A stretch of DNA of 64,000 bases from an uncultured Eubacteriales bacterium (GTDB taxonomy: Bacteria > Bacillota > Clostridia > Oscillospirales > QAKW01). The stretch lies in assembly GCA_964428505.1 (NCBI GenBank), contig CAYRYQ010000003.1, forward strand, positions 803-64,802, read 5' to 3'. Positions 54,282-64,000 of the stretch are shown here, one piece after another. The notes under the pieces were generated by a model, which saw only the letters and a list, made by a program, of their open reading frames with translations, did not search any database and had not been told where the DNA came from. The first letter of the stretch is position 1; every line of letters begins with the position of its first letter. The translations under genes and the position numbers were made by a program.

Positions 54282-55855
54282 TCCCTCAGCATGCTTTCCT
54301 CCCATGCCGCGAACGGGGAAAGACCAAAAAGCCGTGCGATGGTAGGCGCGACATTCGCCAGACCAAACGCGCCGTCTTTCAAATGGTATGCGGCGGAATT
54401 GGAATAGATTATAAACGGAACCGCACTCAGGGAATGGGCGGTGATAATTTGCTCTTTCCCCACCTCGCCGCTCTCTTTCATTGTTTCCGCATTACCATGA
54501 TCCGCCGTAATGAGCAGCGCCGCATTTTCCTGATCGGCCGCCAGCACAATCCGCCGCAGGGCAAGATCCACGCTTTCGACCGCCAGAACGGTTGCATCGT
54601 AATCGCCGGTATGCCCCACCATATCCCCATTTGGGAAATTGCATCGAATAAAATCATATTGATTCGACTGAATTGCCTCGATGACGGCATCTGCAATTTC
54701 CGCCGATTTCATCCATGGCCGCTGATTAAAGGGCACCCGATCCGATTTGACTTCCGCAAAGGTTTCCAACTTCTCATCCAATTTTTCGCTGCGGTTTCCG
54801 TTCCAGAAATAGGTGACATGGCCATATTTCTGCGTTTCGGATACGGCGAACTGCCTCAATCCATGTTGAATCAGCAGCTCAGACAGCGTATTTTGAATAT
54901 CCGGCGGCGAAACCAGATATTTTTTCGGCAGCTGAAGATCCCCGTCATATTGTAGCATACCGGCAAACTGAACCCTTGGAAAACGAACCCGATCAAACTG
55001 CTTGAAATCTTCCTGTTCAAAAGCCAAGCTGAGCTCAATCGCGCGGTCACCTCTAAAATTAAATAAGATCACACTGTCATGATCCAATATTTCTCCAACC
55101 GGCTTTCCTTCTTTTGCAATCACAAAAGGAGGAAGGTTCTGATCATCCACATTGTATTCTTTTCGGTAAGTCTCAATCGCTTCCACCGGATTTTCAAAGC
55201 TTCTTCCCTCCCCCAACACGTGGGTTTTCCACCCGGTTTCCACCATTCTCCAGTCTGCACCGTAACGATCCATGGTGACGCACGTCCGGCCGCCGCCAGA
55301 AGCAATTTGCGCGTCAAAGCGGGTGTCATTTAATTCTGCCAACGTATCCTGCAGCTCCCGCACATATTTTAGCGCGGATCTTGGTGGCGTATCCCTGCCA
55401 TCCAGCAAGGCATGGATTCTGGCGGTTCTGACCCCCTGTGCCTTCGTCCGACGCAGCATGGCAACCAGATGGCGGATGTTGGAATGAACATTCCCATCAG
55501 ACAAAAGCCCGATAAAATGCAGGGTGGAGTCTTGCTTTTTGCAGTTCTCAATCAAACCTTTCCAGGCGACAGACAAAAACATTTTTCCGCTTTTAATGGA
55601 TTCATCAACCAATTTGGCCCCCTGCGCATAAATTTGACCGCACCCCAGCGCGTTATGCCCCACTTCGCTGTTCCCCATATCCGCATCGGAAGGCATGCCG
55701 ACCGCCGTACCATGCGCCTTGATTTCCGTATGGGGGCAGCTAAGCATCAACCGCTCCAGTGTTGGCGTATGCGCCGCTTTCACCGCATTGCCAAAATCCT
55801 GATTCCTGCTGCCGATTCCATCCATGACCACTAAAATAACCCGCTTCGCTTTCAT
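54278..55855 (-). CDS. gpmI: 2,3-bisphosphoglycerate-independent phosphoglycerate mutase
   Basis: 525 aa from MKAKRVILVVMDGIGS (GGAGGAG RBS). DMGNSEVGHNALG, TADHGNAE. Confidence 0.93.
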   Translation of the reverse strand: MKAKRVILVVMDGIGSRNQDFGNAVKAAHTPTLERLMLSCPHTEIKAHGTAVGMPSDADMGNSEVGHNALGCGQIYAQGAKLVDESIKSGKMFLSVAWKGLIENCKKQDSTLHFIGLLSDGNVHSNIRHLVAMLRRTKAQGVRTARIHALLDGRDTPPRSALKYVRELQDTLAELNDTRFDAQIASGGGRTCVTMDRYGADWRMVETGWKTHVLGEGRSFENPVEAIETYRKEYNVDDQNLPPFVIAKEGKPVGEILDHDSVILFNFRGDRAIELSLAFEQEDFKQFDRVRFPRVQFAGMLQYDGDLQLPKKYLVSPPDIQNTLSELLIQHGLRQFAVSETQKYGHVTYFWNGNRSEKLDEKLETFAEVKSDRVPFNQRPWMKSAEIADAVIEAIQSNQYDFIRCNFPNGDMVGHTGDYDATVLAVESVDLALRRIVLAADQENAALLITADHGNAETMKESGEVGKEQIITAHSLSAVPFIIYSNSAAYHLKDGAFGLANVAPTIARLFGLSPFAAWEESMLRE

Positions 55856-56111
55856 TTGGCTCCTCCTTTTTTTCATTAAAACGCGCCCCATAAAAAAACA
55901 ATCATCAATCTGCCCGACAACCGAGGCTTTCATAAAATCAATCCATATTTTATTATTTATTAAAAGTCAATATTTATAAAAAAAGGGTTGTTTGTGATAA
56001 AAAATGGCTGCCGCAGAAAATGCAATAAATTGATACAACGCAAAAAGACGATCCCATTATGTTTTTTTGTTATTTTTTATTCCTATTTCTGTTGTTTTTA
56101 AAACCGGGAGG

Positions 56112-57044
56112 TTACCCCAGAAAATCCGCCAGCGCGATACAGAGCGGCATGGTCAGAATCGAGAGCACAGCGGTGAAGCCGCCGACCTTGGAGGCGGTGC
56201 CGGTATCCCGGCCGTATTTGGCCGCGAACATCACCGTGTTATTGGCGGTGGGCGCGCTGCAGAACACCGCGGCGGTAACCAGCAACTCTCCCCGGACGCC
56301 GACCAGATAAAGCCCGCCGATCATCACGAGCGGCAACGCCAGCAATTTCAGAAATGCCACCAGATAATTTTCCCCGCGGCGAAACATCCCGATCAGATCG
56401 GTATGGGCGAGATAGGTGCCGAACATCAGCATGGCCAGCGGTGTGTTCAGATTGCCGATATAGGCGATGGGCGCGCCCAGCATTGCCGGCAGCTTCACGT
56501 GCAGCAGAAACAGCGGCAGCCCGATCAGAATCCCCAGCGAGCCCGGGTTGACAAGCAGCTTCTTCAGCTGAATCTTCTTTTCCTCTTTTTCCATCAGGGT
56601 CACCCCGTGGGTAAAGGCAAAAATATTAAATACCACCACCGCGGCGGAGCAATAGAATACCCCCAGCTCCCCGGCCACGGCGCCGGCCAGCGGCAGACCC
56701 ATATAGCCCAGATTGCCATACATCGTGGCATATTGGAACACCGGCCGGTCCTCCCCCGACTTGGCAAACAAAGGGCGAATGGCCAGCGCCCCCAGCAGAT
56801 GGAAGATCAGCGCGATCCCCGCGGCCGCCAAAAGAGCCATTCCTTTTTCCCGCGTGAATGAAACCCTTAGAAAAGAGTCAATAATAACGGCGGGTGTAAT
56901 GATGTAAAACAACAAATCATTGCACTGCCGAGAAACGGTTTCCGTGTATATCTTTGCTTTATCGCAAAAAAAACCAACCAGCACCAGAATCGCCAAAGTG
57001 GCTACCTGCCCGAAGGCGGTTGCCATGTAACTGAAAAAATCCAT
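56112..57044 (-). CDS. AEC (auxin efflux carrier) family transporter
   Basis: 310 aa from MDFFSYMATAFGQVATLAILVLVGFF. About ten TM helices. Confidence 0.85.
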   Translation of the reverse strand: MDFFSYMATAFGQVATLAILVLVGFFCDKAKIYTETVSRQCNDLLFYIITPAVIIDSFLRVSFTREKGMALLAAAGIALIFHLLGALAIRPLFAKSGEDRPVFQYATMYGNLGYMGLPLAGAVAGELGVFYCSAAVVVFNIFAFTHGVTLMEKEEKKIQLKKLLVNPGSLGILIGLPLFLLHVKLPAMLGAPIAYIGNLNTPLAMLMFGTYLAHTDLIGMFRRGENYLVAFLKLLALPLVMIGGLYLVGVRGELLVTAAVFCSAPTANNTVMFAAKYGRDTGTASKVGGFTAVLSILTMPLCIALADFLG

Positions 57045-57105
57045 CTTTCGCTCCCCCAATCGGGGAACATTATATTATTTTTAACAAAACCTGTCAAATA
57101 TTATC

Positions 57106-57134
57106 TTGAAAAATCCGGTTAAAGCACGTATAAT
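57106..57134 (+). promoter_or_regulatory. Putative sigma-70 promoter of the zapA-maf-mre operon
   Basis: TTGAAA, 17 nt, TATAAT. Confidence 0.6.
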
Positions 57135-57169
57135 AATTTAAGAGAAAAAGCAAAGGAAGGGGGAGAACC

Positions 57170-57559
57170 ATGGGCAGGAACAAAATCAGCATTTCGGTGG
57201 CGGGAAGCGAGTTTGTGGTGATGACGGAGGAAGACCGCGCCTACACACTGAAGCTGGCGGAACTGGTAGACGGCAAAATCCGGGAACTTTTGCGCGGCAA
57301 CGAAAAGCTCAGCGTCACCATGGCGGCCATACTTTGCAGCCTGGATCTGTGCGACCAAAACGAAAAAAACAAAGTGTCCTGCACCCGTCTGCGGGAAGAA
57401 ATCCGGCGTTATCTCACCCAGCTGGAATCCAGCGGCATCGACCAGCAAAAAAGCAAACAAGCCTATGAGGAGGAGCTGCAGGCCCTGAAAGAGGAAAACG
57501 CGCGTCTTCTGCAGCAGCTCCGGCAATATGAGCAGGGGCAGATCGGATTTCACACATGA
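57170..57559 (+). CDS. zapA: Cell division protein ZapA
   Basis: 129 aa. KISISVAGSEFVVMTEEDRAYTLKLAELVDGKIREL and a coiled-coil tail. Confidence 0.85.
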   Translation: MGRNKISISVAGSEFVVMTEEDRAYTLKLAELVDGKIRELLRGNEKLSVTMAAILCSLDLCDQNEKNKVSCTRLREEIRRYLTQLESSGIDQQKSKQAYEEELQALKEENARLLQQLRQYEQGQIGFHT

Positions 57560-58125
57560 ACCTTTTGCTGGCAAGCGGCTCGCCCCGGCGGCTGCAGCTC
57601 CTTCGCGATCTGGGCTATTCCGTTTCGGTGGTCCGGCCGGATTTCGACGAGCGCTCCGTGCGGGAGCGCGACCCCGGGAGGCTGGTGGAAGCGCTGGCCA
57701 AAGGGAAAGGCCGTTCGGTCTTGGCGCCGCCGGGTACCCTTCTGGTGGCGGCGGATACCATTGTTTATTTCAATGGCCGTGTTCTTGGCAAACCAAAAGA
57801 CGCGGAAGAGGCCTTTGCCATTCTTTCTGCTCTCAGCGGCAGAAGCCATGAAGTATATACCGGCGTTTATCTGCAAAAGGGCGGCAGCACGCATCAGTTT
57901 CACGACCGGGCGACAGTGCGCTTCCGCACCCTTCAGGAAGCGGAGATCCGCGCCTATATTCAAACCGGCTCTCCGCTGGACAAGGCCGGCGCCTACGGCG
58001 TGCAGGACAGCGGATTTGTGGCGGAAATCAATGGCAGCTACCACACGGTGATGGGTTTTCCCACCGCCCTGTTTCAGCAGCTGATACAAAGCGATACATT
58101 CGGAAAGGAAACAAACGAAAGATGA
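57556..58125 (+). CDS. maf: Maf-like nucleoside triphosphate pyrophosphatase
   Basis: 189 aa. LLLASGSPRRLQLL, GAYGVQD. Confidence 0.92.
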   Translation: MNLLLASGSPRRLQLLRDLGYSVSVVRPDFDERSVRERDPGRLVEALAKGKGRSVLAPPGTLLVAADTIVYFNGRVLGKPKDAEEAFAILSALSGRSHEVYTGVYLQKGGSTHQFHDRATVRFRTLQEAEIRAYIQTGSPLDKAGAYGVQDSGFVAEINGSYHTVMGFPTALFQQLIQSDTFGKETNER

Positions 58126-59159
58126 TTCAATTTTTCAAAAAATTTGCAGCGCTTAAATTTATTAATTATACCGATATCGGCATTGACCTCGGCACCGCCA
58201 ATACCATTGTTTACCGCAGCGGCAAGGGGATTATTCTGCGGGAGCCCAGCGTGGTGGCCATTGACACCACGGCCAACCGGGTGGTGGCGGTCGGGCAGGA
58301 AGCCAAGGATATGATCGGCCGCACGCCGGACAGCATCCGGGCGGTCCGCCCCTTAAAAGAAGGGGTCATTGCCGACTTTGAAAGCGGTTCCGCCATGCTG
58401 CGGTTCTTTTTAAAGAAAACGATGGGCAACAACGCCTTTACCAAAAAGCGGATTTTGATCTGCATCCCCTTCGGCGTCACCGACGTGGAGCACCGCGCGG
58501 TGGAAAATGCCGCCTATGAAACCGGGGCCAAGGATGTGCGGATCATTGAAGAGCCGCTGGCGGCTGCCATCGGCGCAGGGCTCCCGGTGGGCGAGCCCAC
58601 CGGGAGCATGGTAGTGGATATCGGCGGCGGCACCTCAGAGGTGGCGGTGATCTCACTGGGTGGAATCGTTTCTTCCCGCTCGGTGCGGGTGGCGGGCGAC
58701 GCCTTTGACGCGGCGATCGTGGCCTATGTGAAAAAGCATTTCAACCTGCTGATCGGTGATCGCACTGCGGAAGAAATTAAATTCGAGATCGGCTCTGCCT
58801 ATCCTTACACCGGGGAAGGGGAAATGAGCGTGCGCGGCCGTGATCTGATCACCGGTCTGCCCAAAAACGTGGATATCAGCGCGGCCCATATCCGGGAGGC
58901 ACTGGCGGAATCGGTGCAGCTGGTGGTAGACGCCATCAAGCAGACCCTGGAAGACACGCCGCCGGAGCTTTCGGCGGATATCATTGACCACGGCATCACC
59001 CTCACCGGTGGCGGCGCGCTGCTGCGCGGGCTGGATACGCTGGTAAACAAAGAAACCAGCATGCCGGTGCATATTGCGCCGGAGCCCTTGGACTGTGTGG
59101 CCTTAGGCACCGGAAAAAGCCTGGAAGATCCGGTGCTCTGGGCAACCATTACCCGATAA
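58122..59159 (+). CDS. mreB: Rod shape-determining protein MreB
   Basis: 345 aa. DIGIDLGTANTIVY, VVDIGGGTSEVAVISLGGIV. Confidence 0.96.
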   Translation: MIQFFKKFAALKFINYTDIGIDLGTANTIVYRSGKGIILREPSVVAIDTTANRVVAVGQEAKDMIGRTPDSIRAVRPLKEGVIADFESGSAMLRFFLKKTMGNNAFTKKRILICIPFGVTDVEHRAVENAAYETGAKDVRIIEEPLAAAIGAGLPVGEPTGSMVVDIGGGTSEVAVISLGGIVSSRSVRVAGDAFDAAIVAYVKKHFNLLIGDRTAEEIKFEIGSAYPYTGEGEMSVRGRDLITGLPKNVDISAAHIREALAESVQLVVDAIKQTLEDTPPELSADIIDHGITLTGGGALLRGLDTLVNKETSMPVHIAPEPLDCVALGTGKSLEDPVLWATITR

Positions 59160-60007
59160 TGAAAGCATTTTTAAAAACAAAAACCTTCCTTTCTCTGTGT
59201 ATCATTGCGGTGCTGCTGCTGACCATGATGGTGCTGGATACCGCGTCCAGCGGGCACATGTCTTTTTTTGAAAATAGTATTGGCACGCTGGTCACCCCGG
59301 TGCAGAAATTCAGCGCCACCGTCCTCAATTATGGCGGAAATCTGGTGGAGGCCTACACGGATTATCAGAAACTGGAGGAAGAAAACAACAAGCTGAAAAA
59401 CGAGCTGGCCGGCTCTGCCCAGCTGATCCGGGACGCGCAGGAATATGCCAACGAAAACAAAAGCCTCAAGGCGATGCTCGGCATTGCCGAAGAGCATACC
59501 GACTTTCAGTTTTCCACCTGTCTCGTGGTGGCCAACGATCAGAACGGCTATTCCCATACCCTGACTTTAAATAAAGGCTCTGCCGACGGGCTGGAAAAAA
59601 AGGACCTGGTGATCACCGCCGACGGAGTGGTGGGCTATATCAACGAATTGGGGCTCACCTGGAGCAAGGTGACCACGGTGCTGGACTCCTCCTGTGAGAT
59701 CGGCGCCATGGTCACCCGCACGCAAGACGTGGGCGTGGTGGACTGGGACTACAGCCTTTCGGAACAGGGGCTTTTGAAAATGGCCTATCTGAACAACAGC
59801 GTGGTGCTCAACAGCGGAGACGCGGTGGAAACCAGCGGCGTGGGCGGCGTGTTCCCCAAGGGCGTGTTGATCGGCCGGGTGCGGGAGCTCAAAACGGAGA
59901 GCCACGGCATCTCCCAATATGCGGTGCTGGAGCCCGCTGTGAATGTGGATCAGGTCAGCACCGTTTTTGTGATCACCAATTTTGAAAGTGAGCAGGGGGA
60001 ACGCTGA
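59159..60007 (+). CDS. mreC: Rod shape-determining protein MreC
   Basis: 282 aa. N-terminal TM helix, coiled coil (LEEENNKLKNEL), C-terminal beta domains (TSGVGGVFPKGVLIGRV). Confidence 0.9.
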   Translation: MKAFLKTKTFLSLCIIAVLLLTMMVLDTASSGHMSFFENSIGTLVTPVQKFSATVLNYGGNLVEAYTDYQKLEEENNKLKNELAGSAQLIRDAQEYANENKSLKAMLGIAEEHTDFQFSTCLVVANDQNGYSHTLTLNKGSADGLEKKDLVITADGVVGYINELGLTWSKVTTVLDSSCEIGAMVTRTQDVGVVDWDYSLSEQGLLKMAYLNNSVVLNSGDAVETSGVGGVFPKGVLIGRVRELKTESHGISQYAVLEPAVNVDQVSTVFVITNFESEQGER

Positions 60008-60534
60008 TGTTTTCAAAACCCCGCAGCTATCGAAAAATCATTGAATATGTCCTTATGACCCTGGTATGCTTTCTTTTGCAGAGTGTGCCGGCTTTTGGCG
60101 TGCGCTTTTTAGGGCGCGCGCCCTCTCTTTTGTTGCTGCTGACCATTGGGGTGGCCTTTTTTGAAAGCCCCGCGTTTTCCGCTTATTTCGGCCTGATCGC
60201 CGGGCTACTGTCCCAGCTGACCACGGCCTCTGTGGTGGGGTTGGACGCGATCGTTTTCATGTTTGCCGCCTATTTTGTTGCGGCGGCGCTGGAGGTTTTT
60301 CTGCAGCGGAAGTTTTTGATCTATGTTTATGCCTCGCTGGTCACGGTGGCGGTGCAGCTGCTGCTGGATTATCTTTATCATCTGCTGCTCTGGGGCATGA
60401 TGCCCTTCGGCACCGCGCTGCTCCATCAGATTCTGCCGATTTTTTTGTTTACCGGAGTGCTTTCTTATCCGGTCTACGGCATTCTTTATCATTTTGACCG
60501 TAAATTCCGCGCAAAGGAGGAGGAGCTGGCATGA
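60007..60534 (+). CDS. mreD: Rod shape-determining protein MreD
   Basis: 175 aa polytopic membrane protein, located between mreC and the PBP2 gene. Confidence 0.8.
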   Translation: MFSKPRSYRKIIEYVLMTLVCFLLQSVPAFGVRFLGRAPSLLLLLTIGVAFFESPAFSAYFGLIAGLLSQLTTASVVGLDAIVFMFAAYFVAAALEVFLQRKFLIYVYASLVTVAVQLLLDYLYHLLLWGMMPFGTALLHQILPIFLFTGVLSYPVYGILYHFDRKFRAKEEELA

Positions 60535-62591
60535 CCTTAAAAAACGGCAGATTTCGCTATGCGCTGGTGGTGGTGCTGGTGGTGCTGGTCTTTTTAAGCT
60601 ATGTGTTTGCCCTGATCCGGCTGCAGCTGGTGGAAGGAGAAGCCTATAAAAAACAATCGGAGCAGAAAATTTATTCCACCGAAACGATCACCGCTTCCCG
60701 CGGCAGTATCTACGACTGCAACGGTGTGGCGCTGGTCACCAATACCACCGGTTATTGCGTTAAATTTACCCGGGCCCTGATGCCCAAAGAAAAGCAAAAC
60801 GGCATTATTTCAGGCCTGATCCGGCTGATGGAGCAATATCAGCTTTCTTATTATGACAGCCTGCCCCTCACCGCGGAAGCCCCCTTCGACTATACCACCG
60901 ACGATATGGAAGACGCTTCCTTGACCCGGCTCTGGTCTGCCCTGAAGCTGAAAGGGACCCCCACCGCGCAGGATACGTTCGCGGCGCTGGTAAAGGCGTA
61001 TGATCTGGAAGATTACGCGCCGGAAGATCAGCGCGAAATCGCCGGAGTGCGCTATGAGATGGATCTTAGCTCCTTTTCCCTTTCCACCCCCTATGAATTT
61101 GCCAGCGGCCTGAGTGTGGACGCCGTGGCCAGCATCAAGCAGCTCTCCGACGAATTTCCCGGCGTGGATATCGACACCGAGCCAATCCGCTACTATACCG
61201 ATCCTTCTCTGGCGCCCCATCTGCTGGGCTATGTGGATAAGATTTATGCGGAAGAGTATACCGACCTTGCGGCCAAAGGATATAAAATGAATGATACCGT
61301 GGGAAAAAGCGGCATTGAGAAGGCCATGGAAAGCGCGCTGAAGGGCACCGACGGCGCCCGGGTCATTGAGCGGGATTCTTCCGGCAAGGTGCTGAACGTC
61401 ACCAATCTGAAAGAAGCGGAAAGCGGCAGCAATGTGGTGCTGACCATCGACAGCAAGCTGCAGAAAATCGCGCAGGATTCCTTAAAAAGCTGTGTCGAGA
61501 CCATTGCCCGCCGGGGCAATGAGCCCGGACGGGACGGAGCGGACGCCAATGCCGGCGCGGTGGTGGTGATTGATATCCACAGCGGCGCGATTCTGGCCTC
61601 CGCCAGCTACCCCACCTACACGCAGGACCAATACAAAAACGATTATAACGCGCTGGCGGCCGACACAAAAAAGCCGCTGTTCAACCGGGCCTTTTTCGGC
61701 ACCTATGCCCCCGGCTCCACCTTCAAGATGGCCACCGGGATCGCCGCGCTGGAGGAAGGGGCCGTGACCATCAACGAGCAAATCAACGATGTGGGGGTTT
61801 ACACCAAATACGCCTCCTCCGGATACAGCCCCCGCTGCTGGATCTACACGGAATACGGCCACGGACACGGGCTGCAGAATATCGTGCAGGCGCTGAAAAA
61901 TTCCTGCAACTATTACTTTTACGAGGCGGCTGACCGGCTGGGGATCGACCATCTGAACAGCTACTGCCTGAAGCTGGGGTTGGGCGTCAAAACCGGTGTG
62001 GAAACCGGAGAAGCGCCCGGGGTTCTGGCCGGCACCGCCTATCGCAAGACCATCGGAGACTATTGGTATCCGGGCGACACGCTGCAGGCAGCCATCGGCC
62101 AGTCAGACAACCTGTTCACTCCCTTGCAGCTGGCCAACTATGTGGCTACCATCGTCAACGGCGGCACCCGCTACACCACCCATCTGGTCAAAGGCGTTTA
62201 TAATGCCACCTCCGGGGTCTGCGTCCAGAACGAAAAAATCGAAGTGGCCGACAGTCTTGAAATGAAAGCCGAAAACTACGAGGCGATTATGAAAGGCATG
62301 CTGGAATGCGCCACCTCCGGTACGGCGGCAGGGGTGTTCGGCTCCTCCTACAGCATCACGGCCGGCGCCAAAACCGGTACCGCTTCCGTGCCCAGCGGCA
62401 CTGCCAACGGAACCTTCGTCTCCTTTGCTCCCGCCAACGACCCGCAGATCGCGGTCAGCGTTGTGGTGGAACACGGTGCCCACGGCAACTATGTGGGCTC
62501 CATCGCCAAGGATATTTTTAACGCTTATTTTGCGGGTGTGTCGGTCGGCGACCAGCTGACGCCGGAGGATACCCTTTTATCGGCCCAATAA
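60531..62591 (+). CDS. mrdA: Penicillin-binding protein 2 (elongation transpeptidase)
   Basis: 686 aa. SxxK (PGSTFKMATG), SxN (KNSCN), KTG (AKTGTAS). Confidence 0.92.
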   Translation: MTLKNGRFRYALVVVLVVLVFLSYVFALIRLQLVEGEAYKKQSEQKIYSTETITASRGSIYDCNGVALVTNTTGYCVKFTRALMPKEKQNGIISGLIRLMEQYQLSYYDSLPLTAEAPFDYTTDDMEDASLTRLWSALKLKGTPTAQDTFAALVKAYDLEDYAPEDQREIAGVRYEMDLSSFSLSTPYEFASGLSVDAVASIKQLSDEFPGVDIDTEPIRYYTDPSLAPHLLGYVDKIYAEEYTDLAAKGYKMNDTVGKSGIEKAMESALKGTDGARVIERDSSGKVLNVTNLKEAESGSNVVLTIDSKLQKIAQDSLKSCVETIARRGNEPGRDGADANAGAVVVIDIHSGAILASASYPTYTQDQYKNDYNALAADTKKPLFNRAFFGTYAPGSTFKMATGIAALEEGAVTINEQINDVGVYTKYASSGYSPRCWIYTEYGHGHGLQNIVQALKNSCNYYFYEAADRLGIDHLNSYCLKLGLGVKTGVETGEAPGVLAGTAYRKTIGDYWYPGDTLQAAIGQSDNLFTPLQLANYVATIVNGGTRYTTHLVKGVYNATSGVCVQNEKIEVADSLEMKAENYEAIMKGMLECATSGTAAGVFGSSYSITAGAKTGTASVPSGTANGTFVSFAPANDPQIAVSVVVEHGAHGNYVGSIAKDIFNAYFAGVSVGDQLTPEDTLLSAQ

Positions 62592-62611
62592 TAATGAATA
62601 AGGTAGGTACA

Positions 62612-63250
62612 ATGATGATCCGAACCGTTTTGTTTGATTGCGGCGGCGTGTTTGTGGAGATCCGGTTTCAAGCGCTGCTGGAGGAGCTGCTGGGCGGCGC
62701 CGAAAAGGCCCGGCAATTTTTTGAACCGCTGTTTGCCGATGACAGCCCCTGGCTTCTTTACGATCAGGGGCTATACGACAGCGATGCGGTCTATCGCAAG
62801 CTGCTCCCCCGAGTAGCCCCGGAAGACCGGGAGGCGCTGCGTAAATTCATGCTGCTCTGGCCCCATTATTTACCCACCCGGCCCGGGATGGAGCATTTGG
62901 TGGAACAGCTGCATCAACATGGCGTCCCTTGCTACTTATTATCGAATTTCTCGCACCGCTTTGAAGAATTTCTGCCCCTATGCCCTGCCATTGCGGAGAT
63001 GGACGGCATGGTAATTTCTTATCGTGTCAAAATGCGCAAGCCGAACCCGGATATCTTTTTGCATACGATCAAAACCTTTCATCTGGTGCCGGAGGAAACG
63101 CTGTTTGTGGACGATACCCCCGTGAATATCCGCGCCGCCGCGGCCTTAGGTTTTGCCACCCATCTGTTTCAAACCCCCGAAAAACTACGCGGCGCATTGG
63201 CGGACTGGGGATTGCTTCCAACGGGCATTTTCAAGGAAAATCATGCATAG
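62612..63250 (+). CDS. HAD-superfamily hydrolase (subfamily IA-like)
   Basis: MMIRTVLFDCGGVF (DxG variant of motif I), LLSNFS, VDDTPVNIRAA. An alternative ATG lies at 62594. Confidence 0.8.
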   Translation: MMIRTVLFDCGGVFVEIRFQALLEELLGGAEKARQFFEPLFADDSPWLLYDQGLYDSDAVYRKLLPRVAPEDREALRKFMLLWPHYLPTRPGMEHLVEQLHQHGVPCYLLSNFSHRFEEFLPLCPAIAEMDGMVISYRVKMRKPNPDIFLHTIKTFHLVPEETLFVDDTPVNIRAAAALGFATHLFQTPEKLRGALADWGLLPTGIFKENHA

Positions 63251-63273
63251 TTCTCTTTTTTTGTGAAAAACTA

Positions 63274-63302
63274 TTGACTTTTACTACTAAAAGTGCTAAA
63301 GT
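63274..63302 (+). promoter_or_regulatory. Putative sigma-70 promoter
   Basis: TTGACT, 17 nt, TAAAGT. Confidence 0.45.
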
Positions 63303-63374
63303 CTAAAACAATTAAAGCATGATTTCAGGGAATGTAATGCATTCCTTAAAATCAAACAAAAGGAGAAATTACAT

Positions 63375-64000
63375 ATGAAAAAAATGAAGCGTATCCTCGC
63401 GGGACTGACCGCCTCTGCGATGCTTTGCACCGGCCTTCTGTCGTTATCCGGCTGTCAGAAGTCCGAGGGGTATACCGTCGGGATCTGCCAGCTGATCCAG
63501 CACGCCGCGCTGGACGCCGCGACGCAGGGATTCCGCGACGCGCTGACCGAAAAGCTGGGCGATAAAGTAACCTTTGTGGAGCAAAACGCACAAGGCGACG
63601 CGCCGACCTGCGCCACCATCTGCAACCAGTTCACCGCCGACGGCGTGGATCTGATTCTGGCCAACGCCACCGCGCCGCTGCAGGCCGCGGCTGCCGCCAC
63701 CACCAAGATCCCCATCCTGGGCACTTCCATCACTGACTATGCCACCGCGCTGGATATCAGCAGCTGGACCGGCACCACCGGCCGCAATATTTCCGGCACT
63801 TCGGATCTTGCGCCGCTGAACGAGCAGGCCGCGCTGCTGAACGAGCTGTTCCCCAATGCGAAAAAAGTGGGCATTCTTTATTGCTCTGCGGAGCCCAACT
63901 CGGTTTATCAGGCCAATACCATTCAGCCCATGCTGGAGCAAATGGGTTATACCTGCACCCAGTACACCTTTGCCGACAGCAACGATCTGCAGATGGTGAC
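63375..64000 (+). CDS. ABC transporter substrate-binding lipoprotein (ABC_sub_bind/PF04392-like), 5' part only; runs off the window
   Basis: ATG 63375 after AAGGAG. MKKMKRILAGLTASAMLCTGLLSLSGC lipobox, then YTVGICQLIQHAALDAATQGFRDAL...VDLILANATAPLQAAA. Confidence 0.8.
   Translation, partial: MKKMKRILAGLTASAMLCTGLLSLSGCQKSEGYTVGICQLIQHAALDAATQGFRDALTEKLGDKVTFVEQNAQGDAPTCATICNQFTADGVDLILANATAPLQAAAAATTKIPILGTSITDYATALDISSWTGTTGRNISGTSDLAPLNEQAALLNELFPNAKKVGILYCSAEPNSVYQANTIQPMLEQMGYTCTQYTFADSNDLQMV

Overview
Dense, high-GC (roughly 58-60% by eye) chromosomal segment with Firmicutes/Clostridia-type gene content. I saw no rRNA, tRNA, CRISPR array, IS element, integrase or phage genes. The backbone is housekeeping. 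It includes guaB-gatC-gatA (gatA runs off the left edge), a ParE/ParC-like type IIA topoisomerase pair, perR-rubrerythrin, a three-gene FAD-oxidoreductase/DUF1667 (glycerol-3-phosphate dehydrogenase-like) operon, hisS-aspS, mgsA and zapA-maf-mreBCD-PBP2. There is also an unbroken 12-kb minus-strand string, rimP-nusA-ylxR-ylxQ-infB-rbfA-nrnA-truB-ribF, which continues without a gap into two lipoproteins, an MsbA-like ABC exporter and an AraC regulator. Accessory content includes a GldA/F/G-like ABC module with DUF4340, an AraC / RraA-like / GH10 sugar locus, an ADP-ribosylglycohydrolase, a U32 peptidase and gpmI. I did not recognise a clear-cut novel multi-gene system such as a defence island. 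The most unusual signals are these. (1) Three independent decayed loci lie within about 15 kb: an internally deleted enolase-superfamily gene next to an MBL/SDR chimera; a frameshifted, truncated histidine kinase fused to a lipoprotein fragment beside an intact orphan response regulator; and a VTC/DUF4956 pair broken by a visible 10-bp tandem duplication, further frameshifts and a deletion. (2) A MinD homologue lacks MinC/MinE and its C-terminal membrane helix, and sits against mgsA next to a motif-degenerate ANL (adenylate-forming) homologue. (3) Two Cys-rich small ORFs are absent from the ORF track, and one is paired divergently with a CxxC protein. (4) A low-GC islet downstream of gpmI holds a split ORF plus a 37-bp fragment of a lost tandem paralogue. 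Family and domain names are from memory of these families. No database search was run.
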